A DNA stretch of 64,000 nt. Source: an uncultured Flavobacteriales bacterium. Lineage in GTDB: Bacteria > Bacteroidota > Bacteroidia > Flavobacteriales_D > Parvicellaceae. Where the stretch lies: assembly GCA_964419055.1 (NCBI GenBank), contig CAYQNU010000010.1, forward strand, positions 16,202 through 80,201, read 5' to 3'. Of the stretch, positions 1 to 10,300 are shown in pieces (positions within the stretch are counted from its first letter, which is position 1; each line of letters begins with the position of its first letter). The notes beneath the pieces are model-generated. The model had not been told where the DNA came from. It searched no databases and was given only the letters and a program-made list of their open reading frames with translations. The position numbers and the translations under genes are program-made.

Positions 1-1
1 A

Positions 2-601
2 AGAGTGAGCAAAGAATACATCGAAACAGTTAGAGCCGAATTACCTGCTTTGCCAAATGACCTTTATAAAAAGTACATTAATGATTTGCAACTATCTGAA
101 TATGATGCCTACAACTTAACCGAGAATAAGGGCATAGCCTTGTATTATGAAGAGTTAATTTCATTGACAAAAAATTATAAGGCTGCCGCCAACTGGTTAA
201 TGGGAAGTATCAAATCATATTTGAATCAAAATGCCCTTGAAATAAATGACTTTCCAATTCCACCTGTTAAAATAGTTGAATTGATAAAAATCATTGATGA
301 TGGAATCATTATCAATTCTGTAGCTAGTCAGAAAGTGTTTCCAAAAATGATCGAAAATCCAACTATCTCTCCACTGCAAATTGCTACAGAGAATGGTTGG
401 GTGACTCAAAACGATACTCATGAATTGGAAACCATCATTAAAAAGATATTTGCAGATAATCCTAACGAAACAGAGCGATTTAAAAATGGGGAACAAAAAC
501 TAACTGGTTTTTTTATGGGAATGGTAATGAAAGCAGCTAAGGGAGCAGCTGATCCCAAAACAACTACTCAGTTATTGAACGAACTAATCAAAACACATTA
601 A
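2..601 (+). CDS. gatB: Asp-tRNA(Asn)/Glu-tRNA(Gln) amidotransferase subunit B, C-terminal part (5' end outside window)
   Basis: The reading frame is open to the window edge. The tail is GatB/YqeY-type (..LTGFFMGMVMKAAKGAADPKTTTQLLNELI). Confidence 0.85.
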   Translation, partial: RVSKEYIETVRAELPALPNDLYKKYINDLQLSEYDAYNLTENKGIALYYEELISLTKNYKAAANWLMGSIKSYLNQNALEINDFPIPPVKIVELIKIIDDGIIINSVASQKVFPKMIENPTISPLQIATENGWVTQNDTHELETIIKKIFADNPNETERFKNGEQKLTGFFMGMVMKAAKGAADPKTTTQLLNELIKTH

Positions 602-623
602 TACATTAAACCAATTTTTAATT

Positions 624-1838
624 ATGAAAATCAATCCCATAATCATTTTAATTTTTTCAACATTTTTGTTTTGGCAATGTTCAAATTCAGAAACAGATGA
701 AAATACAGACATCGCCAACAAAACGGTATCCAATGCTACAATTAATGGGTTAATTACTGATGGTGCTGGAAAAAAAATCATCCTTTATGAATTTAAAAAT
801 GATCAACCTAAAGCCATTGATTCAACAACAATGGATAATACAGGTGCTTTTACATTTGTAACACCTTTGGATGGTTTTGGATTTATTGGCGTGGGTGAAA
901 GTTTTAACCAAGCTGCCCTATTATTAATAAAAGGTGGAGATGCTGTAAATTTAAAAGGTTCGTTAAATGCTTGGAATTTAAATTTTGAAATCGAAGGTTC
1001 TCCCGAAACAATTACCTTAACTGAGTATTACAAAAAACGCTATGATTTTGGGATAAAAATGCAAAATTTACAAATGCAAGCGGACACAATTGCTCCAGAT
1101 GATGAAATGGCACAAACACAAATAAAAGCTACATCAGAAGCATTATTAGCGGAGTTTGAATCCTACAAATACGAGTATATTGAGAAAAACATTAATTCAC
1201 CAGCGGTATATATTGCCTTTGCTGATATTTATGATCCTGTAAAGGATTACGATATTCTAGTTAAAATGGAAGCTACCTTAATGAAACACATGCCTGGATC
1301 TACTTTTACCAAACAAGTTTCAGAAAAACTGGCTCAAGGAAAATCAATGCAAGAACAAGCCAACTCCTATGAAGAACAAAAAAAGATGATGGAAGCTCAA
1401 CTTTTGGCTGCTGGAATTGGCGCAGGTCTAGCTGCTCCAGAAATTGCATTGCCTAATCCAACTGGAAAAACAATCAAATTAAGTAGTTTAAAAGGAAAGG
1501 TAGTTTTATTAGACTTTTGGGCATCTTGGTGTAAGCCTTGTAGAATGGAAAACCCTGCTGTTGTTAAATTATATAATGAATATAAAGATAAGGGATTTAC
1601 TGTTTACAGCGTTTCCTTTGATGATCAAAAGGAGAATTGGACTGCTGCTATTCAAACCGATGGATTAGTTTGGCCTAATCACGTAAGTGATCTCAAAGGC
1701 TGGCAATCTGCAGCAGGAGCAACGTATATGGTTCAGAGTATTCCTCAGACCTTTTTGATTGATGCAGATGGCAAGATAATTGCGGTTGGATTGCGCTCTG
1801 ATGAATTAGCCATTAAATTAAAAGAAATTTTCGGTTAA
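624..1838 (+). CDS. TlpA-like thiol:disulfide oxidoreductase (thioredoxin fold), lipoprotein
   Basis: N-terminal signal with a Cys (FLFWQCSN). C-terminal thioredoxin fold with CxxC motif WASWCKPC, LLDFWASWC context and AhpC/TSA-like tail. Confidence 0.8.
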   Translation: MKINPIIILIFSTFLFWQCSNSETDENTDIANKTVSNATINGLITDGAGKKIILYEFKNDQPKAIDSTTMDNTGAFTFVTPLDGFGFIGVGESFNQAALLLIKGGDAVNLKGSLNAWNLNFEIEGSPETITLTEYYKKRYDFGIKMQNLQMQADTIAPDDEMAQTQIKATSEALLAEFESYKYEYIEKNINSPAVYIAFADIYDPVKDYDILVKMEATLMKHMPGSTFTKQVSEKLAQGKSMQEQANSYEEQKKMMEAQLLAAGIGAGLAAPEIALPNPTGKTIKLSSLKGKVVLLDFWASWCKPCRMENPAVVKLYNEYKDKGFTVYSVSFDDQKENWTAAIQTDGLVWPNHVSDLKGWQSAAGATYMVQSIPQTFLIDADGKIIAVGLRSDELAIKLKEIFG

Positions 1839-1866
1839 TTGAGTTATTATTATTAAATCTAGGCTT

Positions 1867-3030
1867 ATGAAATTAATTATCACAGTTTTATTATCAGCAA
1901 TAATTACTACGTATTTTTCCCAAGGAAAAAACATTGAAATAAAAGGAATTATTACAGAAGGTGCGGGCAAAAAAATCTATTTACGTACATTTGTAGGTAA
2001 CGACCAAGTAACTCTAGACTCTTGTGCAATAAGTAAAAAAGGCACTTACACACTAAAGTTAAAAGTTGGTGGACCGACCTTTTTCACCGTTTCGCTTCAA
2101 CCCGAAATTTATGCCTTGTTATTATTAGATAGTGCTACAACAGAATCTAGAGTGATCTTTAATGCCGAAGCTAATAATTTAATTGCTTCACATACTGTTC
2201 AGGGATCAAAAGAATCTATTGCTATTGCCGATTTTACAAAAAAAATGACCAAAACACGCCTTGCGTTAACCGATGTGAATAAAGCTTATTATGCTTCTTC
2301 AAGTGTTTTGGAGCGCAGCAAAATTCAATCAACCAAAGATTCTTTAGAAAGAAGTAACATAACCATCAGAAACGAATTTATCAACGAAAACTACAATTCT
2401 GTAGCAAGTATAATAGCCTTGGGTTACCTAAGTATTCCACAAGACATTGAATTCTTGAGAAAAATAGAAAAAGGATTGGCTGAAAAACATCCTACCAGTG
2501 AATTTTACATTTCTGTAAAAACTCAATTGGTTCAAATCGAGACGCAAATTAAAATGCAGGAAGAAGCCGAAAAACAACGCATTGCCAATGAGGGAAGAAA
2601 TGCCATTGGAGCCATCGCTCCTGAATTAGGAAACAATTTTAAAACTCCAACTGGACAAACAATTACCCTTGAATCATTACGAGGGAAATACGTTTTAATT
2701 GACTTTTGGGCTTCTTGGTGCGGACCATGTAGAAAAGAGAATCCAAATGTAGTGGCGCTCTATAAAAAATATCAAGATGCAGGATTCACCATTTACAGTG
2801 TTTCTTTAGATAAATCAAAGGAAGCATGGGAAAAAGCCATTATCCAAGACGGTTTGATTTGGCCCTCACATATAAGTGATTTAAAACAATGGCAAACAGA
2901 AGCTACTCAAATATATGGTTTCAATGGCATTCCTTTCACGGTGCTTATCGATAAAGAAGGAAAAATCATTGAAAAAAATCTAAGAGGAGCTCAATTGGAT
3001 GAAAAGTTAAAATCCATTTTCGGATTTTAG
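1867..3030 (+). CDS. TlpA-like thiol:disulfide oxidoreductase, tandem paralogue
   Basis: Same architecture as the preceding gene. CxxC motif WASWCGPC; the C-terminal ~140 aa align by eye with the upstream paralogue. Confidence 0.8.
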   Translation: MKLIITVLLSAIITTYFSQGKNIEIKGIITEGAGKKIYLRTFVGNDQVTLDSCAISKKGTYTLKLKVGGPTFFTVSLQPEIYALLLLDSATTESRVIFNAEANNLIASHTVQGSKESIAIADFTKKMTKTRLALTDVNKAYYASSSVLERSKIQSTKDSLERSNITIRNEFINENYNSVASIIALGYLSIPQDIEFLRKIEKGLAEKHPTSEFYISVKTQLVQIETQIKMQEEAEKQRIANEGRNAIGAIAPELGNNFKTPTGQTITLESLRGKYVLIDFWASWCGPCRKENPNVVALYKKYQDAGFTIYSVSLDKSKEAWEKAIIQDGLIWPSHISDLKQWQTEATQIYGFNGIPFTVLIDKEGKIIEKNLRGAQLDEKLKSIFGF

Positions 3031-3105
3031 TTTTTCAATCATCAATTTCTTCCCTGCTCTCACCAAATTATTTCATATAATAATAACTTTAGCGGAAGTA
3101 AACAG

Positions 3106-3678
3106 TTAATGTCTACTTCCGCTAATTATTTTTGATATCAATCCCTTTTCGGAAGTCATTTCAGCCCAAAGTACGCCACCGATATGTAAAACAATATACC
3201 CTAGGAGGTAGTAAATAGAGAGTTCGTGCAGTTCTTCCATAGATTTTTTCATTTCTTTAGGTCCAAATTCTATAATGAGCCCCGTAACTAAAGAACCTAA
3301 TACGCATACATAAAAAATAATGTATACCCAAAATTGAAACCGCTGTTTACTGGTAAGACCTTTCTTTAATGGATTTTGCCAAGACATTTCACCAAAAAAG
3401 GGCAAGGTGATACGTATGGTAAAAAGTCCTACTAAAAAATAACCAATGTAAATGTGCCAAACCCACATCGGTTGTCTGATCTTTTTTGCCAATTGAATGA
3501 GTTGATCATCGTTCAAGGATTGGTCGGTAGTGCTCAAATATTCCTTAATGATATCCGCTACATTATTTTTATTCATCCAAGTTAATCTTAGAAAAATAGT
3601 TGCTAATAACGCCATCATTGAAAAGGCTATTAGCCAATGCATTATGCGATACAGTTTTGAATAGTTTTTTGTTTCCAC
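3106..3678 (-). CDS. cytochrome b561 / Ni-hydrogenase-type b cytochrome family membrane protein
   Basis: About four hydrophobic helices with conserved His positions (YRIMHW, WHIYIGY, VLHIGG), as in b-type dihaem cytochromes. Confidence 0.6.
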   Translation of the reverse strand: METKNYSKLYRIMHWLIAFSMMALLATIFLRLTWMNKNNVADIIKEYLSTTDQSLNDDQLIQLAKKIRQPMWVWHIYIGYFLVGLFTIRITLPFFGEMSWQNPLKKGLTSKQRFQFWVYIIFYVCVLGSLVTGLIIEFGPKEMKKSMEELHELSIYYLLGYIVLHIGGVLWAEMTSEKGLISKIISGSRH

Positions 3679-3762
3679 TTATTCTTTTTTTTTTAGATGC
3701 TAGACGCTAGATTTTAGATGTTAGACAAATTGTCAAATCAATTAGACTCTTTAAGCTAGACG

Positions 3763-6330
3763 CTAGTCTTTTATTAAGGTAATTGTTTTTGTTTCGTTTG
3801 GTGTTGTGCATTTCACAACATACATTCCGTTTGCAAAGGAAGTCAAATTAAATTCATATTGTGTTACATCATTCATAATGTGTTTCATTAACACTCTTCC
3901 AAACAAATCAGCTATTACAATTTCAACTGACTTTATTTCATTTGGCAATTTCAATGTAAACATCCCGTTAGTTGGGTTTGGAAAAAGGCTAAGGTTTGCC
4001 ATTTCATTTTCTTCTGTTATTCCTACTGAGTTTACGAGCACACATGCAGAAGTATTCTGACAATTACCTTCAGAAATTTGTACTGCATAATTACCGTTTT
4101 GAGAGGGTAAATAAGCAGCTGCATTGGCTCCTGAAATGGGAGAAAATGCATTGTCACAATCTAACCATTGATAACTGGTGGCTGAGGTGTTATTGGCTGC
4201 AATCAAAATACCAACTGTATTAGTTGAAGCATCAATTTGATTGGCAATAAATAAATTGGTGTTTACCGTACTATCGCAACCTAATGCAGAAAACAATACA
4301 TCTACATAATTTCCCGAAGTGGAATAAACAGACGAACCCACTGTAATCGATTCCCCAAAACACAATTGAACCGTTTGATTATTTATAATAGGATTCAAAA
4401 CCGTCAAGTTAGTGATAACCGTGCTGTCGTTATTATTTATATCCGTTAACACATCAATATAATTGCCCGAAGTAGTGTAAATATTTGAACCTACCATTAG
4501 CGATTCACCATTGCACAACGTAATTTGCTGTGAAACAACATTTCCAAAATAACCAAAAGTAAAGAGTCCTAAATTACTTTGAGGTGCGCTAGAAACAACT
4601 GATCCACTTCCATTTCCGGTGCAAGTTCCTGATGCCGAACTAGTAACATTATCCCAAGATGCACCATTATATCTTGTAATAGTGGTGGCAGCACAATCTG
4701 ATATTCCACTCAAAGCTGCATCTTCCCAATACAATTCAACAGTAGGATTGTCAGCAGGAATAGATTTTTCTATATTCCAATATTCAAAAGCACTTACTGC
4801 ACTTAAAGGCGAATTCACTACTGTTGTATTTGCCGCTGTATTATCAAAATATTCGGCAGTCATTTCACTAGAAACTAATGAAGGTGCTGATATTCCCATT
4901 CTTCTCCATTTGCCATTTTTACCTATTGGGAAAACAAAAGCCGTATTTCCTATTTTTTTCATTGGACCGTTTACAAAACTAACCGCTGAACCCGATGAAG
5001 CCGCAGCAGTTGCGGTTAATGAAAGTATATTTGCTGATGTTGTAAATAATGCTCCATTCGTTAATATAAGGTTATTAGCAACAGACACAGGATGATTTAA
5101 GGTAACTCCACTGTTATTATTAATTTCGATAGAAGCGAAGGTAATCGTTGTAGCACCACTTATTGATTGTGGTGTAGATCCATTAAATGTTACTTTATTG
5201 GATGTAGGATTAAAGGCTCCCAATTTTGAAAAATCACCATTTACAAAAATCTCAAAAGGAGCCGTGTGGTTCAATGCTTTGCTGGAAGCCACTGTCAGGT
5301 CATTAAAAATATATTTTCCTGTACCTAATAAATTAGTTGTACCATCACATAATACTAAACCATTGGAAGCATAAAATACGCCTACATTATTCCAGTTATG
5401 TGTACCACTTAATTTAAAAATACTTATTCCAGCTTGTTTGATCGAATCGGTAACATTTATCAAATCAATTGAGGTTCCATTAAAATTAAAAGCACTGGTA
5501 CCTTTTATATCCAAGAGCATATTAACCGTACTCAAGGGAAGATTGGAAATAGCTCCATTTATAGTTGTAGTACCTCCTGTGGTAATGAATTTGGGCGTTC
5601 CAGTACCAGGTGCAGCTCCAAACCAAACCAAATCTCCATTAAGGGTAAATGTACCTCCGTTTACTACTATCGTTGGTTGAAAATTACCAGCTTCATTTTC
5701 TAATGCCACTTCCCCTGAAATGGTCACTACTCCCCCATTTTGCTCAAAATAGGAAGACCCATTCACATCTCCATCTGCCAAAGCCATTACTTGTCCCACA
5801 TTCACTACCCCATCATTGACAATGATTTTTCCTCCACCATCCATTAGCAAACGCTCATTGGTAGTTACACTTCCATTATTAATAGTGATCAGTGCATCAA
5901 TACCCGAAATCAAGCGTTGACCTACATTCACTGTACCTCCATTAACTGTTATTTCTCCTGCTAAATCAGCTATTAATCTGCCGTTTCCACCAAAATTAAC
6001 ACTAAAAGTGCCTTGGTTAACTATTATTTCAGAATTGGCATCCAATACATTCACATCATCAGAAGTGGTTAGATTAGCACCTATAGTTAAAACGGCTCCG
6101 TTTAGCAACTGCATATCACTTACCGTGAATGTGGAATTAGAACTAATTATGGGCGAAAACGCTCCACCCGTATAATTTAATGGATTAATCGTAATGGAAG
6201 CTCCATTAGAAGGTGTTGCTGACCAATTGCCACTCGTATTCCAATCGGAGCTCACGGCTCCTGTCCAGTTTTGAGCCGTTATCGTTTGACTCAATACTAA
6301 TAAACTAAAAATTACCTTTATTTTTTTCAT
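3763..6330 (-). CDS. large secreted protein with T9SS type-A C-terminal sorting domain (adhesin-like)
   Basis: ATG at 6330 gives signal peptide MKKIKVIFSLLVLSQTITAQ. Contains repeated (V/I)NxGxV beta-helix-like motifs. C-terminus is LSLFPNPTNGMFTL...GMYVVKCTT...ITLIKD, typical of the Por secretion tail. Confidence 0.85.
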   Translation of the reverse strand: MKKIKVIFSLLVLSQTITAQNWTGAVSSDWNTSGNWSATPSNGASITINPLNYTGGAFSPIISSNSTFTVSDMQLLNGAVLTIGANLTTSDDVNVLDANSEIIVNQGTFSVNFGGNGRLIADLAGEITVNGGTVNVGQRLISGIDALITINNGSVTTNERLLMDGGGKIIVNDGVVNVGQVMALADGDVNGSSYFEQNGGVVTISGEVALENEAGNFQPTIVVNGGTFTLNGDLVWFGAAPGTGTPKFITTGGTTTINGAISNLPLSTVNMLLDIKGTSAFNFNGTSIDLINVTDSIKQAGISIFKLSGTHNWNNVGVFYASNGLVLCDGTTNLLGTGKYIFNDLTVASSKALNHTAPFEIFVNGDFSKLGAFNPTSNKVTFNGSTPQSISGATTITFASIEINNNSGVTLNHPVSVANNLILTNGALFTTSANILSLTATAAASSGSAVSFVNGPMKKIGNTAFVFPIGKNGKWRRMGISAPSLVSSEMTAEYFDNTAANTTVVNSPLSAVSAFEYWNIEKSIPADNPTVELYWEDAALSGISDCAATTITRYNGASWDNVTSSASGTCTGNGSGSVVSSAPQSNLGLFTFGYFGNVVSQQITLCNGESLMVGSNIYTTSGNYIDVLTDINNNDSTVITNLTVLNPIINNQTVQLCFGESITVGSSVYSTSGNYVDVLFSALGCDSTVNTNLFIANQIDASTNTVGILIAANNTSATSYQWLDCDNAFSPISGANAAAYLPSQNGNYAVQISEGNCQNTSACVLVNSVGITEENEMANLSLFPNPTNGMFTLKLPNEIKSVEIVIADLFGRVLMKHIMNDVTQYEFNLTSFANGMYVVKCTTPNETKTITLIKD

Positions 6331-6473
6331 ATGTATTTTGTTTTTAAATGTTATATGGAATCGCAAAACGAAGTTATTTTCATTTATGTTTGTTTCGAAA
6401 ATTATTTCGTTATGATTATTTCAAATTTACTTATTTTTCTTGATTGATTATTTACTTTAATTGTATTCTTTAT

Positions 6474-7352
6474 TTACTTCATTTTTACAAAAACAACTTG
6501 ACCTACTTTAAGCGTATGCTTAAAGGTTGGGTCAATCAATGCGATTACCTTTACCGTTCCAGTGGTCATATCAATTTGGTTGGTTATAGCCGAAATTGTT
6601 GCTGTATTGTTTTCTGTTATCCCCATATTTTGTTGAGTGGAAAAGGTCAAATTATCACCTAGTTTAAGTGTATTCATTTGGTTTGAAGGCACCAACAATT
6701 CAAGGTAAACTTGTTCGGTATCTACCACTGTTGCCAATAATTGATTCGCCCCAACGCTTTGGCCTAAATTTGCTGTTAAACTGGTCAAATAGCCTCCTAT
6801 TTGAGCATAAATGTTAACCTGTTTTTGAAGTTGACCTTTATCGATATTCATCAATGAAAATCCGAGTGATTCCAAGTAACTTTTATTTCCTTCAAATTGT
6901 GCTTGGCTGTTTTTAAAATTGAACGTGGCTTGTTCCAATTCTTTTTTAGATACACTTTTCGAATCAAACAAATCTTGAATGCGTGTCATTTCTTTTTGAT
7001 GCAATTCTAACTGAGCTTTAGAAGATAAATAGTCCATTTGCAATTTGCTAAATTCTGGTGAAGTAATCGAAAAGAGTAATTGACCTTTTTTTACATACTG
7101 ACCAGGCGTTACAGCAATGTCTTGAATAAATCCATTAGCTTTAGAATACACATCTAACATTGATTTTGGTGGCACTTTTACGTAGCCTGTTATGTTGATT
7201 GAATTTTTAACGGGGCTTTCAACCTCATCTTTTACTAAGATGTCTGCCGTATTTTCTGATTTTGTTTCTTTTTGTTCTGAAGTAGTGGTTGATTCTTGTT
7301 CACTACATGACATCAATGTCATTAAAGTGATGATATATACTATTGTTTTCAT
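6474..7352 (-). CDS. efflux RND periplasmic adaptor (HlyD/CzcB-like), short form, lipoprotein
   Basis: Lipobox LMSCSEQ, a coiled-coil hairpin region and beta-barrel-like ends. It lies immediately downstream of the RND permease on the same strand. Confidence 0.75.
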   Translation of the reverse strand: MKTIVYIITLMTLMSCSEQESTTTSEQKETKSENTADILVKDEVESPVKNSINITGYVKVPPKSMLDVYSKANGFIQDIAVTPGQYVKKGQLLFSITSPEFSKLQMDYLSSKAQLELHQKEMTRIQDLFDSKSVSKKELEQATFNFKNSQAQFEGNKSYLESLGFSLMNIDKGQLQKQVNIYAQIGGYLTSLTANLGQSVGANQLLATVVDTEQVYLELLVPSNQMNTLKLGDNLTFSTQQNMGITENNTATISAITNQIDMTTGTVKVIALIDPTFKHTLKVGQVVFVKMK

Positions 7353-7384
7353 ATCTTACTAATTTTGTTTTATAGTTAATGGGA

Positions 7385-10300
7385 TTAAAAATTTAATGCT
7401 GTCAAATAATCACGTTTTATTACATTACAATTGTATTCTTGAATGAGTGTGAGATAATCCATTTGGTACTGCATCAAAAACCGAATTTGTTGAGCATAAT
7501 CAAGTTGATTGATGGCTCCATTTTTTAATAAATCATTGAGGTTATTCAATGCATTGTCTACATCATTTGTTAGCGATTTATATTGATCCAATAAGGTGTT
7601 TTGTTGCACTAGTTTTTCATTCAATGCCACGAGTTCATTATTTAGTTGAACTTGTTTGTTTTCAATAACCGCTTCTTGTTCATCTATGGCAATGGTTTGT
7701 TGAGCCACACGTTGGTTTATCCCAGTTGCAAATAGCGGAATGGTTACACCAACTCTCACCCCTTGAAAATTACTAACACGTTCTAATGATTGGTTAAAAT
7801 ATCCCACTCCAATGGAAGGCATTTTTTCATTGGAAACCATTTCTTTTTGAAGTTCGAGTTGAGAAATATAAGCCTTATCCGACTGGGTTAAAATATCCAC
7901 CACCGAATCTGATTCTGTTTTTATAGTTGCTATAACCAATGGAATGTATTGAAAATTATATTCATTTGAAATACCCGAAATGGTTCTCAAAGCTAAAACC
8001 GTTTCTTGCTGAAAGTTAACCCATTGCAACTGCGCTCTATTCAATTCCATCAACAATTGTTGAATAACTAATTTTTCGGTTAATGAAATATGCCCAACTT
8101 TGAATTGATTTTGAGCAACAGTATCCGCGTTTCGAGCTGCTTCAATAAATTTTGCTAGATAGTTTTGTGCCGATTGAGCCAGCAACAAATCTTGATAGGT
8201 TGTTTTTATGTACCAAGTAATTTGTCGTTCGAGTAGTGCTTTTTTACTTTCAGAGTAAGTTACTCCAGATTGCGCCCACTCTTTTTGAGCTCCAATTGCC
8301 CAAGGTTTACCTAAATCTTGAAATATTTCCGCTTGATAATCTACCCCAGAATAGTTTATTTGGCCAAATTGACCCATTACTTCAGTGGGTTGTAATAGGT
8401 AAGCTCTTTTTTTCTCAACTTCCCAATATTGTTTTTCAAAATCTACTTTTTTGAGTTCAATATTATTGGTAATGGCCAATTTTATCAATTGTTCTTCATT
8501 GATAATTTGTTGCCCATAAAAAGAAGATCCTATAGCCATCAATACTAAGGTGGTTACTGTTGGTGCTACTCTTCTTTGTTTTCGTGGAGTACGTTTTTGT
8601 TCAACCAATAAATATACAGCTGGCAAAACGAGTAAAGTTAGTAACGTTGAAGTGATCAAACCACCGATTACCACAGTGGCTAAAGGCCGTTGTACTTCAG
8701 CACCATTGGTTGTTGAAAGCGCCATAGGTAAAAAACCTAAAGAAGCTACCAAAGCTGTCATTAACACAGGTCTTAAACGTGATTTGGAACCGTGGAGAAT
8801 GGTATTAAACAAATCGTTTTCTGAATGTTTTATTCTTATAAACTCATTCATCAACACCAATCCATTTAAAACAGCCACTCCAAAAAGTGCAATAAATCCA
8901 ATTCCAGCCGAAATACTAAAAGGCATCCCTCTAAATTCCAACGCCATAATACCTCCAATAGCCGAAAGTGGTACAGCAATAAAAATAACTAAGGCCTGTT
9001 TTAAAGAACTAAAGGCAAAATACAGAATGACAATAATAAGCAGCAGAGCAATTGGAACGGCTATAGATAAACGTGCCGTTGCGTGTTGCAAATTTTCAAA
9101 AGTTCCACCATACTTTACTGTATAGCCAGGAGGCAAATTCAATTCGTCATCTAATTTTGATTGAATTTCTTTTACCAATGACGCCACATCTCTATCTCTT
9201 ACATTCACCCCAATGGTGATTCTACGTTGTGCATTTTCTCTAGAAATTTGCATAGGTCCTATGGTTTCTTCTGCAATAACTAATTGTGACAGCGCTATGT
9301 TTTGTCCCATTTTATTCACAACATACAGCCTACTCAAATCCAATTCATTTATAGCTTCTTTGTCTAATCGTACCACTAAATCAAAACGTCTTTCATTCTC
9401 AAATACAGCACCCACATAATTTCCTGCATAGGCGCTACTTATAGCATTATTGACTTGTTTTACATCAACAGAAAGTAAGGATAATTGCGGCCAATTCATT
9501 TTTAGTTTGACTTGTTTCAATCCTTCCGTTACTTCCATTTTTACATCTGCTGCACCTTGAATACCTTCAATTAGTTGTGACGCTTTTTCACCCAATTGGG
9601 CCAATTGTCCCATATCTTCACCATAAATTTGAATGGCGACATCAGCTTTTGAACCCGTCATTAATTCATTAAAACGCAATTGTATGGGTTGTGAAAACTC
9701 AATACTCACACCTTCGGCTTCCAAATGTGCCAGTTTCTCAATCATTTTATTGATGAGTTCTTGACGTGTAGCTACAGATTCCCATTCTTCCATATCCTTA
9801 AGAATAACCATAACATCGGAATTTTCGATGGCCATAGGATCGGTTGGCACTTCAGCTGTTCCGATTTTTGACACTACGTGTTTCACTTCTGGAAAATTGT
9901 CTTTCAATAGTTGTTCAATTGTTGAACACGTTTCGATACTTCGCGTCAAGGAACTACCTGGCTCAATGTTTACCTGTATTGCCAAATCTCCTTCTTCCAA
10001 GGTGGGTATAAATTCTGAACCCATTCTTGAGAAAAAGACAAAACTGACAATTAAGAAAGTAAAAGCAATACCTACCACTACTTTTGGAACTGACAATGAT
10101 TTAGTAAGAATGGGTATATATAATTTTTGAAGACCTCTTTCTAATTTGTCAGCAAAGGAGTTTCCACTTCCGATTTTTTTACTCAAAAACAAAGAAGAAA
10201 CCACTGGAACGTAGGTCAATGTAAGAAATAATGAGCCTAAAACGGCAAAACTAACCGTCTGCGCCATCGGAACAAACATTTTCCCTTCGATACCATTCAG

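Noticed and set aside
4619-5095. 158-aa + strand ORF inside the T9SS cargo gene
   Set aside because: It is an antisense shadow ORF of a repeat-rich gene. The low-complexity Ala/Val/Ile translation has no independent signals.
8550-9125. 191-aa + strand ORF, plus others at 8236-8454, 9213-9419, 9828-10130 and 10464-10715, inside the RND gene
   Set aside because: They are antisense to a long, clearly coding RND permease. Their composition is typical of shadow frames, and they have no motifs or plausible starts.
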